A stretch of 64,000 bases of DNA from Patescibacteria group bacterium UBA3466 (GTDB taxonomy: Bacteria; Patescibacteriota; Minisyncoccia; Phycocordibacterales; UBA918): the NCBI GenBank assembly GCA_002378195.1, contig DFRJ01000002.1, forward strand, positions 129,054 to 193,053, read 5' to 3'. This document shows positions 20,017 to 28,549 of this stretch, one piece after another; the first letter of the stretch is position 1, and every line of letters begins with the position of its first letter. Made by a program: the position numbers and the translations under genes. The notes beneath the pieces are model-generated. The model was given only the letters and a program-made list of their open reading frames with translations. It did not search any database and was not told where the DNA came from.

Positions 20017-20074
20017 ATTTGCACACTATTGTAACACTTATCAGGTTAATGATCATAGCAGAAAGCATCAACCT

Positions 20075-20110
20075 TGTTACGTAGCATGTTACGTAACATG
20101 CTACGTAACA
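20075..20110. repeat. 36-bp perfect palindrome of three TGYTACGTARCA units, copy 1
   Basis: tgttacgtagca-tgttacgtaaca-tgctacgtaaca; identical copy at 58693-58728. Confidence 0.9.
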
Positions 20111-20130
20111 GCCTCTAAGAAGCGTGCAGT

Positions 20131-20553
20131 CTAGCTAACTAAGGCTGGTACTTTTTCGTTGGTGCGATTGATGCAGATAGTAGATCTTTCAATGTTGCTG
20201 CAGGTGGTTGTGGTAAGTGAAGTTGGAAGGTTGTCCAGTTGCTTTTGGTGCTCAACAGCGGATTGAGGGAAGGCGATACCGAGCTTAACTGAGCCAGTTT
20301 CTTTAGCTACGATACTAACTGTAACCAGAGTTTGCTTCTTGAAGGTTCTGATTTGTACATTGTTCACTTGCATCGTACTAGGGTTGAAGATCACGTGCAA
20401 CTCCTCACATTGTTTGTTTGATAGTGAGTGCTGCAGTAGGAAATTGATAGTTTCCTCTTTACCATAGTTTAGAGTAGGGGCTTTGAATAAGTTTAGTTTT
20501 GATACGTAAGGGCTGGTAAGTGAATTGTTGTCTGCGAAAAGCGAGAGTCGTAC
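20131..20553 (-). pseudogene. 3' fragment of a hypothetical gene with no proper start
   Basis: Frame is open from about 20553 to stop at 20131 but has no ATG/GTG/TTG upstream of 20400; runs into the recombinase remnant. Confidence 0.5.
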
Positions 20554-21675
20554 TCAGCTAAAGCGTCTGGCAAGCGACCTGTATTTCAAGAGCTACTCAA
20601 TGAAATAGATTCAGGAAAATATAACGGAATACTCACATGGGCACCTGATAGATTGAGTCGTAATGCTGGTGACCTAGGTTCAGTCGTTGACTTAATGGAT
20701 GCGAAGAAGTTAGTTCATATACAAACCTATGGGCAAACTTTCAGTAACTCACCAAACGAGAAGTTTCTCCTAATGATTTTATGTTCTCAAGCAAAACTAG
20801 AGAACGATAACAAAAGTCAGAATGTACGACGAGGACTCCGAGCTAGGGTTGAAATGGGATTATGGCCGTGCCGACCACCGACTGGCTATACTAAATTCAA
20901 ACGTATGGATCAGAAGTGTGAATCTGTAATTGATCCAGAACGAGCGCCAATCATTAAGCAGATATTTGAGAAGATTGGTTATGATGGCTGGAGTGGTCGC
21001 AAACTCCATATCTGGCTTCGGGATGAATTAGATTTCAAAACTGAGAATGGTAAGCATCTCAGCCTAGGTAATCTTTATCGTATTCTTGAAAACCATTTCT
21101 ACTACGGACGGTTTGAATATCCAAAGAATTCAGGGAAATGGTATGACGGCGCACATGAACCAATCATTACCAAAGAGTTATTCATCATTGTTCAAGAGCA
21201 GATTAAGAGTCAAATACTTGAACCACGTTCACAACAAAAAGAATTTGCGTTTACCAAAGTAATGACGTGCGGACTCTGTGGATCAGGAATCACTGCTGAC
21301 GAGAAATTCAAGAAACAAAAGAATGGCAACGTCCACCGCTATGTCTATTACAAATGCACTCGCACTAAAGATCCTAATTGTGACTGTGGCTTCATCAATG
21401 AAAACGACCTCATATCACAACTACAAAACCTGATTGATGATATTGACATCAAAGTAGTGCCGATGAGAGACAAGATTACTTCTGAGGTTAAAAGATATAA
21501 ACAATTTCAGCACATGTTACTGGGAAAAGAAGAAAAGATTGCTGTTAGTAATATTGATATTAGGAATTATGCGAAGTTCATTTTACAAGAGGGCGATATA
21601 GAAGAAAAAAGAGAGTTTCTACGGTGCTTAAAAAGTGCAGTTGTGCTGAATAAAAAAGAAGTCTCACTCGTCTAG
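20524..21675 (+). pseudogene. 5'-truncated large serine recombinase
   Basis: Frame open from 20524 (KRESYSAKASGKRPVFQELL...TWAPDRLSRNAGD), zinc ribbon CGLCG...YYKC; TGA at 20521 and no YxRxS catalytic motif. Confidence 0.8.
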
Positions 21676-21805
21676 TCCATAGGCCATCATTTGCTTTTTT
21701 TGGACTAAAGTGTTTCACTATTTGAGTATACGTTGCTCCAATACTTTTTGCCTCACACATTTTCTCCGAGGTACTTACAATTTAACTAATTAAATAAATA
21801 TATAT

Positions 21806-22624
21806 ATGATCGAATGGTTTTTAGCCTTGGGTCCTGTGACTCAAGCGCTCTTAGCAGGTTGTTTTACTTGGCTCGTTACTGCACTCGGTGCATCAGGAGT
21901 AATCTTCTTTAAAGAAATTAACAAAAAAGTTTTAAACGGAATGCTAGCCTTTGCGGCTGGTGTGATGATTGCGGCCAGTTTTTGGTCGTTACTCTCTCCG
22001 GCAATTGAATTATCAGAAGGCGGTCCACTGCCAAAATGGTTACCACCTTTAATAGGATTCTTACTCGGTGCTGCAACTTTGTGGGTAATGGACAAAGTAA
22101 TACCTCACTTACATCTCGGTGCACCTATGTCAGAAGTTGAAGGGGTGAAAACATCTTGGCATCGAAGTTTGCTTCTGGTTTCATCAATTACACTTCATAA
22201 CATCCCTGAAGGATTGGCTATTGGTGTTGCTTTTGGAGCGGCAGCGGCAGGTATTGAAGGAGCAACAGTTGCAGCAGCGATTGCTCTAGCAGTTGGTATT
22301 GGTATACAGAATTTCCCAGAAGGTGCAGCAGTTTCCGTTCCACTGAGACGAGAAGGGTTTACTCGCTTGAAAGCGTTTTGGTATGGTCAATTTTCAGGAA
22401 TGGTTGAACCAATCTCAGCGGTGTTAGGAGCTGCGTTGGTGATAACGTTCTCACCCGTTTTGCCGTATGCACTCGCTTTTGCTGCTGGAGCTATGATGTT
22501 TGTAGTTGTGGAAGAATTGATTCCTGAAGCCCAGCGCGGTGGTCCAGGTATGGCAGACTTCGCAACAGTTGGAGCGATGATTGGTTTTGCTGTAATGATG
22601 TCATTAGACGTAGGATTAGGTTAA
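21806..22624 (+). CDS. ZIP (GufA/ZupT-like) metal transporter
   Basis: [13 protein letters not shown] and [11 protein letters not shown] motifs. Confidence 0.92.
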   Translation: MIEWFLALGPVTQALLAGCFTWLVTALGASGVIFFKEINKKVLNGMLAFAAGVMIAASFWSLLSPAIELSEGGPLPKWLPPLIGFLLGAATLWVMDKVIPHLHLGAPMSEVEGVKTSWHRSLLLVSSITLHNIPEGLAIGVAFGAAAAGIEGATVAAAIALAVGIGIQNFPEGAAVSVPLRREGFTRLKAFWYGQFSGMVEPISAVLGAALVITFSPVLPYALAFAAGAMMFVVVEELIPEAQRGGPGMADFATVGAMIGFAVMMSLDVGLG

Positions 22625-22629
22625 AAAAT

Positions 22630-23535
22630 ATGTCACACAACCATCATCACGGACGTGGACACCATCATCACCACGTAGGTAGAGGTGGCAATATTTTGTT
22701 TGCTGCCATCCTAAACCTTTCTTTCACCATCATTGAAATCATTGGTGGTATTTTGACCAATAGCGTTGCTATCCTTTCTGACGCACTTCATGACTTAGGT
22801 GACAGTATTGCTTTGTTTACTGCCTATATTGCTGAGAAACAATCCGAACGCTCACCAGATAAAAAACGCACCTTCGGGTATGCTCGCATTTCAGTTTTCT
22901 CAGCCCTCTTTAGTGCCGTGATTCTGATTGTTGGTTCAATCTTTATTTTGACGGAGGCTATTCAGAGATTATTCAGTCCGGAACCAGTTCACGCTACTGG
23001 AATGATTCTATTAGCAATCTTTGGAGTAGGGGTAAACCTTGTGGCGTTCTTTAGATTAAGCAAAGGAATGAGTGCCAATGAAAAAGTGCTGTCATGGCAC
23101 TTACTTGAAGACGTGATTGGCTGGGCAGCTGTACTGGTTGGAGCCATCATCATCTACTTCACAGATTTCTATCTCATTGACCCAATCCTAACCGTTGGCT
23201 ACACCCTGTTCATTCTTTGGGGTGTTTATGGGGGTCTCAAAAATGTCATCAATATCTTCATGCAGGGGACACCGGCCTCGGTTGATATAGAAAAAATCAA
23301 AGAGGCGATTCTAGAAGTTTATGAAGTTCAATCAGTTCACGATATTCACGTGTGGTCGCTAGATGGTGAGCACAATGTTTTGACCTGTCACGTAGTACTT
23401 GATAATGGCACTATAGCTGAAACGAAGAGGATCAAGGAGAGTATAGAAGATAAAATGAAATCATTCCACGTCAACCACACAACAATTGAGTGTGAGATTG
23501 AAGGAGAGTGTGTTGGAAAAGACTGTAGTCACTAG
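22630..23535 (+). CDS. Cation diffusion facilitator (CzcD/ZitB-like)
   Basis: His-rich N-terminus, SDALHDLGD, HLLED, HDIHVWSL. Confidence 0.93.
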   Translation: MSHNHHHGRGHHHHHVGRGGNILFAAILNLSFTIIEIIGGILTNSVAILSDALHDLGDSIALFTAYIAEKQSERSPDKKRTFGYARISVFSALFSAVILIVGSIFILTEAIQRLFSPEPVHATGMILLAIFGVGVNLVAFFRLSKGMSANEKVLSWHLLEDVIGWAAVLVGAIIIYFTDFYLIDPILTVGYTLFILWGVYGGLKNVINIFMQGTPASVDIEKIKEAILEVYEVQSVHDIHVWSLDGEHNVLTCHVVLDNGTIAETKRIKESIEDKMKSFHVNHTTIECEIEGECVGKDCSH

Positions 23536-23598
23536 TTTGTTGGAATGTAGACATATCGTTTAATCTTATGTATTTATCTGATAAAATGGTCAGGATAT

Positions 23599-24003
23599 AT
23601 GCGGAAATTACTTAGTGCTAATTCGATACGTAGAATACTAATTTTCTTCGGAATTGGTTTTTTCTTGTTGGCAGTGACCCTGTGCGCGCACTTTGCCAAC
23701 CCTACTGATCACGCTAGTGATACCAGTGCTGTTACGTGTGATTTGTCGGAAATAATCTCATCAGTTTCTGTATCAAATAAAAGCATGGGACTATTGTTCC
23801 TGTTAACGCTTTTAACACTAGCGTCCCTTGCTTTACCTACCATTTCTTCATACCCAAAAGCAGAGGTATGTTTGAAGTCACTACATCTACAAACCTATTC
23901 AATTACAAATGAATCTTGGTACAAAGTTTTAGATCCTTTTTTACTTGCGCTCCGTAAAGGAATCATACATCCTAAGCTATACAATACAGCGATAATTAGC
24001 TAA
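23599..24003 (+). CDS. Small membrane protein with C-terminal GIIHPKLY motif (candidate leader)
   Basis: Two hydrophobic helices, Cys/His loop; TAAAAT -10 upstream; motif shared with 36852..37247. Confidence 0.7.
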   Translation: MRKLLSANSIRRILIFFGIGFFLLAVTLCAHFANPTDHASDTSAVTCDLSEIISSVSVSNKSMGLLFLLTLLTLASLALPTISSYPKAEVCLKSLHLQTYSITNESWYKVLDPFLLALRKGIIHPKLYNTAIIS

Positions 24004-24105
24004 CGATTCACGGCTGCTGATAAGTCAGCTTTTCGTGATATATGTTGGCTTTTTTGCTATTCATTTATTTGCTCTAGAACGTTAAACACAAAACCTATTA
24101 ATTTT

Positions 24106-24864
24106 ATGGAAGAAACTATTACACAGAAACCCACCAACCCGTACCTGATACCCTTGGCTATCGTTGTTGCTGGCGGGTTGATTGCAGGAGCGTTGTATTT
24201 CGGCACAAGTGGAAACGCGGTAGCTCCAGTAGCGGTAAACAATAATGCTGAACAACCAGCCCAACCAACACCACAGCCAACTGGTTCAACCGATGCTGTT
24301 AAACCAGTTACAAGTGAAGATCATATTAAGGGAAATCCCAATGCGCCAATAAAAATTGTTGAATACTCAGATTTTGAATGCCCATTCTGTAAGCGGTTCC
24401 ACGACACGATGAATGAAGTCATGGATAAATACGGTGAGAGTGGCGAAGTCGCTTGGGTATTTAGACAATTCCCATTAGAGCAGTTACATCCAGTAAAAGC
24501 TCAGCGAGCAGCGGTTGCATCAGAGTGTGCAGCAGAATTGGGAGGAAACGATGCGTTCTGGTCGTTTACTGACGGATACTTCGTAGACCCCTCAACTGGA
24601 AACAACCGGACTAATCAAGACGTGTTAATTCCTGAATTAGCAGCTGCAGCTGGCCTGGACAGTAATCAGTTTAATGAATGTCTTGAAAGCAGTAAGTACG
24701 ACGATCATATCGCGGCTGATATCGCCAATGCGGTCGAAACTGGCGGGCGCGGAACTCCGTGGAGTGTCATGATTGGTCCTGATGGTGCAACGTACCCAAT
24801 TAACGGTGCGCAACCCCTAGCGGCAGTTGAGCAACTCATCTCAATTGCGAAAGACGGTCAGTAA
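24106..24864 (+). CDS. DsbA/BdbD-family thiol-disulfide oxidoreductase
   Basis: EYSDFECPFC, GTP cis-Pro motif, N-terminal anchor. Confidence 0.92.
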   Translation: MEETITQKPTNPYLIPLAIVVAGGLIAGALYFGTSGNAVAPVAVNNNAEQPAQPTPQPTGSTDAVKPVTSEDHIKGNPNAPIKIVEYSDFECPFCKRFHDTMNEVMDKYGESGEVAWVFRQFPLEQLHPVKAQRAAVASECAAELGGNDAFWSFTDGYFVDPSTGNNRTNQDVLIPELAAAAGLDSNQFNECLESSKYDDHIAADIANAVETGGRGTPWSVMIGPDGATYPINGAQPLAAVEQLISIAKDGQ

Positions 24865-24869
24865 CTATC

Positions 24870-25418
24870 ATGTACCTCAAGACGTTTAAGCAAGTTCTGG
24901 CAAAATCCGTCTATGCGGGACTGTTTCTAGCGGTGAGTTTTTTTGTGCTGTCGATTGCCATCTTGTTGCCACACATCGGACTGTTAAAAACCTTATGGCA
25001 GTACGAATCAGTGTCGTTACTCGAAATCGGGTTGATGACTGTGAATCTCTACGGTTCACTAGGAACAAATTTTTCGTTTCTGTCAGCAACATACACGATA
25101 CTCATTGCCGTATTATTTGGTCTACAAGTAACTCTTCTCACCTATTACGTCAGGAGTATACGGAGCAAAATAACCAATCTCACCAGCGTAGGTGCTAGTA
25201 GTATCGGCGGCCTCGTTAGTGGATTTTTCGGCATTGGTTGTGCCGCTTGTGGAACTTTCTTACTGTCTTCAATTCTTGTTTTGTTTGGTGCAGGTGGCTT
25301 ACTCGCTTGGCTACCCTTTGGTGGAGAAGAGTTCGGTTTGCTTGGTGTGGGGCTGCTCTTGTATGCCAATCACATCGTCGTAAAGAAAATAAATGCACCA
25401 CTAGTGTGTGCATCGTAA
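24870..25418 (+). CDS. Membrane protein with GCAACG motif
   Basis: About 4 TM helices, CxxC in membrane context, C-terminal Cys; follows dsbA. Confidence 0.75.
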   Translation: MYLKTFKQVLAKSVYAGLFLAVSFFVLSIAILLPHIGLLKTLWQYESVSLLEIGLMTVNLYGSLGTNFSFLSATYTILIAVLFGLQVTLLTYYVRSIRSKITNLTSVGASSIGGLVSGFFGIGCAACGTFLLSSILVLFGAGGLLAWLPFGGEEFGLLGVGLLLYANHIVVKKINAPLVCAS

Positions 25419-25445
25419 TCAAAATTTATTCTTAAGTAATTAAAC

Positions 25446-25979
25446 ATGAAACCATTAATAATTATTGTTGGTCTATCAGTACTCCTTCTCGTAGGTGGTT
25501 CGTGGTGGTCAAACAACGCACAACAGAAAGTATACGAACAAGAAATTGTCGGTATTACATCTACTATTGTGACAGATCGTAGCCATGTACAGACTGAAGT
25601 AGACTACAAAGACACTCCTCCGGTTGGTGGGAATCATCATCCTGTCTGGTTGAGCTGTAATGGCGACATCTACGATGAGCCAGTGGTAGATGAAAATGCG
25701 GTTCATTCACTTGAGCATGGTGCCGTCTGGATTACCTATCAGCCAGAACTTGCTGCCGAACAAATTGAAATTCTCAAAGGTAAAGTGAAAGGATACTCTT
25801 TCATGAGTCCGTACCCAGAACAAGAGTCACCAATTATGCTCACAGCGTGGGGTGTACAACTTCCACTTGATGCAGCTGATGATCCTCGGATAGATCAGTT
25901 TCTAGCAAAATTCCGCCAAGGACCACAAACGCCTGAGCCGGGTGCAACCTGTAATGCCATTCCGGGAGGAATGCAGTAA
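25446..25979 (+). CDS. DUF3105-like protein
   Basis: PPVGGNH...C.G.IY...VHSLEHGAVWITY, LTAWG, PEPGATC. Confidence 0.8.
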   Translation: MKPLIIIVGLSVLLLVGGSWWSNNAQQKVYEQEIVGITSTIVTDRSHVQTEVDYKDTPPVGGNHHPVWLSCNGDIYDEPVVDENAVHSLEHGAVWITYQPELAAEQIEILKGKVKGYSFMSPYPEQESPIMLTAWGVQLPLDAADDPRIDQFLAKFRQGPQTPEPGATCNAIPGGMQ

Positions 25980-25987
25980 ACTGAACT

Positions 25988-26611
25988 ATGAATTATCAAG
26001 CTATTAAAAGACAGTTGCCAGCCCTCCTTATCGGGATTGTTGTTGGTGTTGGAATGTTCTTGCTCGGTCAGAATTCTATTCCACTCGATAAACCAAATGA
26101 GGCAGAGATTGGTTTTGCACAGGACATGAGTGTTCACCATCAACAAGCAATCGAAATGTCATTTCTTGTTCGAGAAAAAACCGATGATCAAGAGATTCGC
26201 GGTTTTGCCTTTGACATCATTAACACCCAAGCCAACCAGCGTGGCATGATGCTTGGTTGGCTGGATTTGTGGCAACAGCCACTCTCAACCACTAAAACGC
26301 CAATGATGTGGATGATGGATGATATGTCTTCTATGGATCACAGTCAGATGACAAAAGACTTTACCTCTGGAGCATACATGCCCGGCATGGCAACCAGTGA
26401 CGAAATGCAGACACTTGTTGAAGCGAGCGGAACAGACGCTGAGCAGTTATTTCTCGAGCTGATGATTCGCCATCATAAAGGCGGTGTCATGATGGCAGAC
26501 GGGGTTATAAAGCGCAGTGAGAATGAAACAGTCACTCGCTTGGCGCAAACCATGGTCAACGGTCAACAGGCAGAGATTGATTACATGAATGAGTTATTAA
26601 CAAACTACTAA
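25988..26611 (+). CDS. DUF305 (CopM-like) metal-binding protein
   Basis: FAQDMSVHHQQAIEMS, FLELMIRHHKGG, Q..EI..M; Met-rich. Confidence 0.85.
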   Translation: MNYQAIKRQLPALLIGIVVGVGMFLLGQNSIPLDKPNEAEIGFAQDMSVHHQQAIEMSFLVREKTDDQEIRGFAFDIINTQANQRGMMLGWLDLWQQPLSTTKTPMMWMMDDMSSMDHSQMTKDFTSGAYMPGMATSDEMQTLVEASGTDAEQLFLELMIRHHKGGVMMADGVIKRSENETVTRLAQTMVNGQQAEIDYMNELLTNY

Positions 26612-26620
26612 AGAAATAAT

Positions 26621-27280
26621 ATGGAAGAAACACAAATAAGCGAAGATCCTGTTAAACATAACGAGATAGAAACTCCTGCTACAGCAGTAAAGATTCAACA
26701 AAAACCACTGCTAATGTACGGTGCAGTTGTTTTAGTTGTCGTCTTGATACTAGGTGCACTTTTATACTCGCAAGGAATTATTGTGGCAGCCAAAGTAAAT
26801 GGCGAGTCCATTAGTCGTCTTAGCGTTCTTAGTGAATTAGAAGATCAAGCTGGAGCAGCGGTACTTGATTCTCTTATCTCAGATATCCTGATTGAACAAG
26901 CTGCGACTGAAGCGGGTGTTACTGTAACTGATGCTGATGTGGTAACAGAGATAGCGGCCATCGAATCACAAATTTCTGGACAGGGTGGAACTCTCGAGGA
27001 TGTGTTGGCGCAACAGGGATTAACCCGAGAAAGTCTCACGAAGCAAATCAGAACACAAAAGATGTTAGAGACGTTATTGGCCTCAGACATTACGGTCACT
27101 GAGGAAGAAGTTAACGCGTTTATTGAAGCCAATGGACCCTTACCAGAAGGGCAAGAAGAAGCACTGCGTCCGCAGATAGAAGAACAAATCAAAAGTCAGA
27201 AATTTAGCACTGCTGCACAAAGCTACATTACCGGTTTACGCACACAGGCAAACATTCAGTACTTCGTAGACTATGAATAG
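26621..27280 (+). CDS. SurA/PrsA N-terminal-domain chaperone-like protein
   Basis: AAKVNGESI, LIEQAA...GVTVTDADV, VTEEEV pattern; no parvulin domain evident. Confidence 0.7.
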   Translation: MEETQISEDPVKHNEIETPATAVKIQQKPLLMYGAVVLVVVLILGALLYSQGIIVAAKVNGESISRLSVLSELEDQAGAAVLDSLISDILIEQAATEAGVTVTDADVVTEIAAIESQISGQGGTLEDVLAQQGLTRESLTKQIRTQKMLETLLASDITVTEEEVNAFIEANGPLPEGQEEALRPQIEEQIKSQKFSTAAQSYITGLRTQANIQYFVDYE

Positions 27281-28535
27281 TATGAAATATATTTTATTTA
27301 GCTTACTGGTGTTTTCTTTGCTCGGCGGCTTGTTTGCAACCATACACAACTCAGAAGTAACCACTGTTACCTATAAACGTGATACTCCTAGTGCCACGAC
27401 AGAAGTGGTCACCCAAATAGCTGAACCAGAAGAAGCAGTTGAGGAACCAGTTGTATCGACCTCAAACCAAGTAAAAGAAATTGAAATTCAGCCTGGCGAT
27501 ACCTTCTCTACCATTATGGAAGAAGTAGCTGTTACCGCTGAAGATCAGAGTTCAATTCTCGCTGCTGTTCAAGATGTCTATGACTTCACCAAACTGCAAG
27601 CTGGCAAACTGATACACGTTGTCTTTGCACAGGACGCATTAGCATCGGTTGACTATGACTTGAATGACGACAAGAAGATTGTAATTGAAAATGTTGACGG
27701 TGAATTTGTAGCCAAAGAAGAAGCGATTGAGTATGACGTTACTGAAGTGGTACGCAGTGCCACAATTGAGTCTTCGTTATTCTACGACGGTGCAAGTGCT
27801 GGCTTGTCCGACAAGACTCTGGTTGAACTAGCCGAAATCTTTCAGTGGGACATAGACTTCAGTACTGACATCCAGATTGACGACTCGTTTGTTGTTTTGT
27901 ATGAAGAGCGAAAAACAAAAGATGGTGAAGAAGCCAGTGCCGGAAAAATTCTCGCTGCTCAGTTCACTAATCAAGGCGAGACGTACGAGGCGTACTACTT
28001 TGAAACATCAACTAGTACAGGTGGTTACTACGCTGCCAACGGTGAGAGTGTTGAACGCCAGTTCTTAAGCTCACCAATTGGAGTTGGGTACGTGAGTTCA
28101 GGTTTCAGTTATAGCCGACTGAATCCAATTACCAAACGTGTGACACCACACCGAGCTATCGACTACGCTGCTCCACACGGTACGCCAATCGTGGCTATTG
28201 CGGACGGCGAAGTTACTTTGTCAGGAAACAGAGGTCCACTTGGTATTGCCATTGATATCGAACACGGACAGTACATGAGCCAGTACGCTCACATGTCTAG
28301 TATCGACTCTGCGGTGAAGAAAAATCCTGAAGTGAAACAAGGACAGGTTATCGGATACGTTGGTTCAACTGGTCAATCAACTGGTCCTCACTTGCACTAC
28401 ACACTCTTTAAAGATGGAAACCCTATCAATCCAGCTGACATTGATATGCCAGTCGGTGAATTACTCACCGAAACAGAGCTTGATGACTTTCAGGTCGTTG
28501 CTGACGGCTATAAGATTCAATTGGGTGTAAATTAA
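27273..28535 (+). CDS. M23 family peptidase (MepM-like)
   Basis: HRAIDYAAP, YAHMS, STGPHLHY. Confidence 0.9.
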   Translation: MNSMKYILFSLLVFSLLGGLFATIHNSEVTTVTYKRDTPSATTEVVTQIAEPEEAVEEPVVSTSNQVKEIEIQPGDTFSTIMEEVAVTAEDQSSILAAVQDVYDFTKLQAGKLIHVVFAQDALASVDYDLNDDKKIVIENVDGEFVAKEEAIEYDVTEVVRSATIESSLFYDGASAGLSDKTLVELAEIFQWDIDFSTDIQIDDSFVVLYEERKTKDGEEASAGKILAAQFTNQGETYEAYYFETSTSTGGYYAANGESVERQFLSSPIGVGYVSSGFSYSRLNPITKRVTPHRAIDYAAPHGTPIVAIADGEVTLSGNRGPLGIAIDIEHGQYMSQYAHMSSIDSAVKKNPEVKQGQVIGYVGSTGQSTGPHLHYTLFKDGNPINPADIDMPVGELLTETELDDFQVVADGYKIQLGVN

Positions 28536-28549
28536 TCTAATTTATTAGT

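Noticed and set aside
20400-20660. TGA recoding (code 25) to rescue the recombinase N-terminus
   Set aside because: TGA is used as a stop elsewhere (rep, 5813, 45321); the upstream frame also contains TAG/TAA and no YxRxS motif
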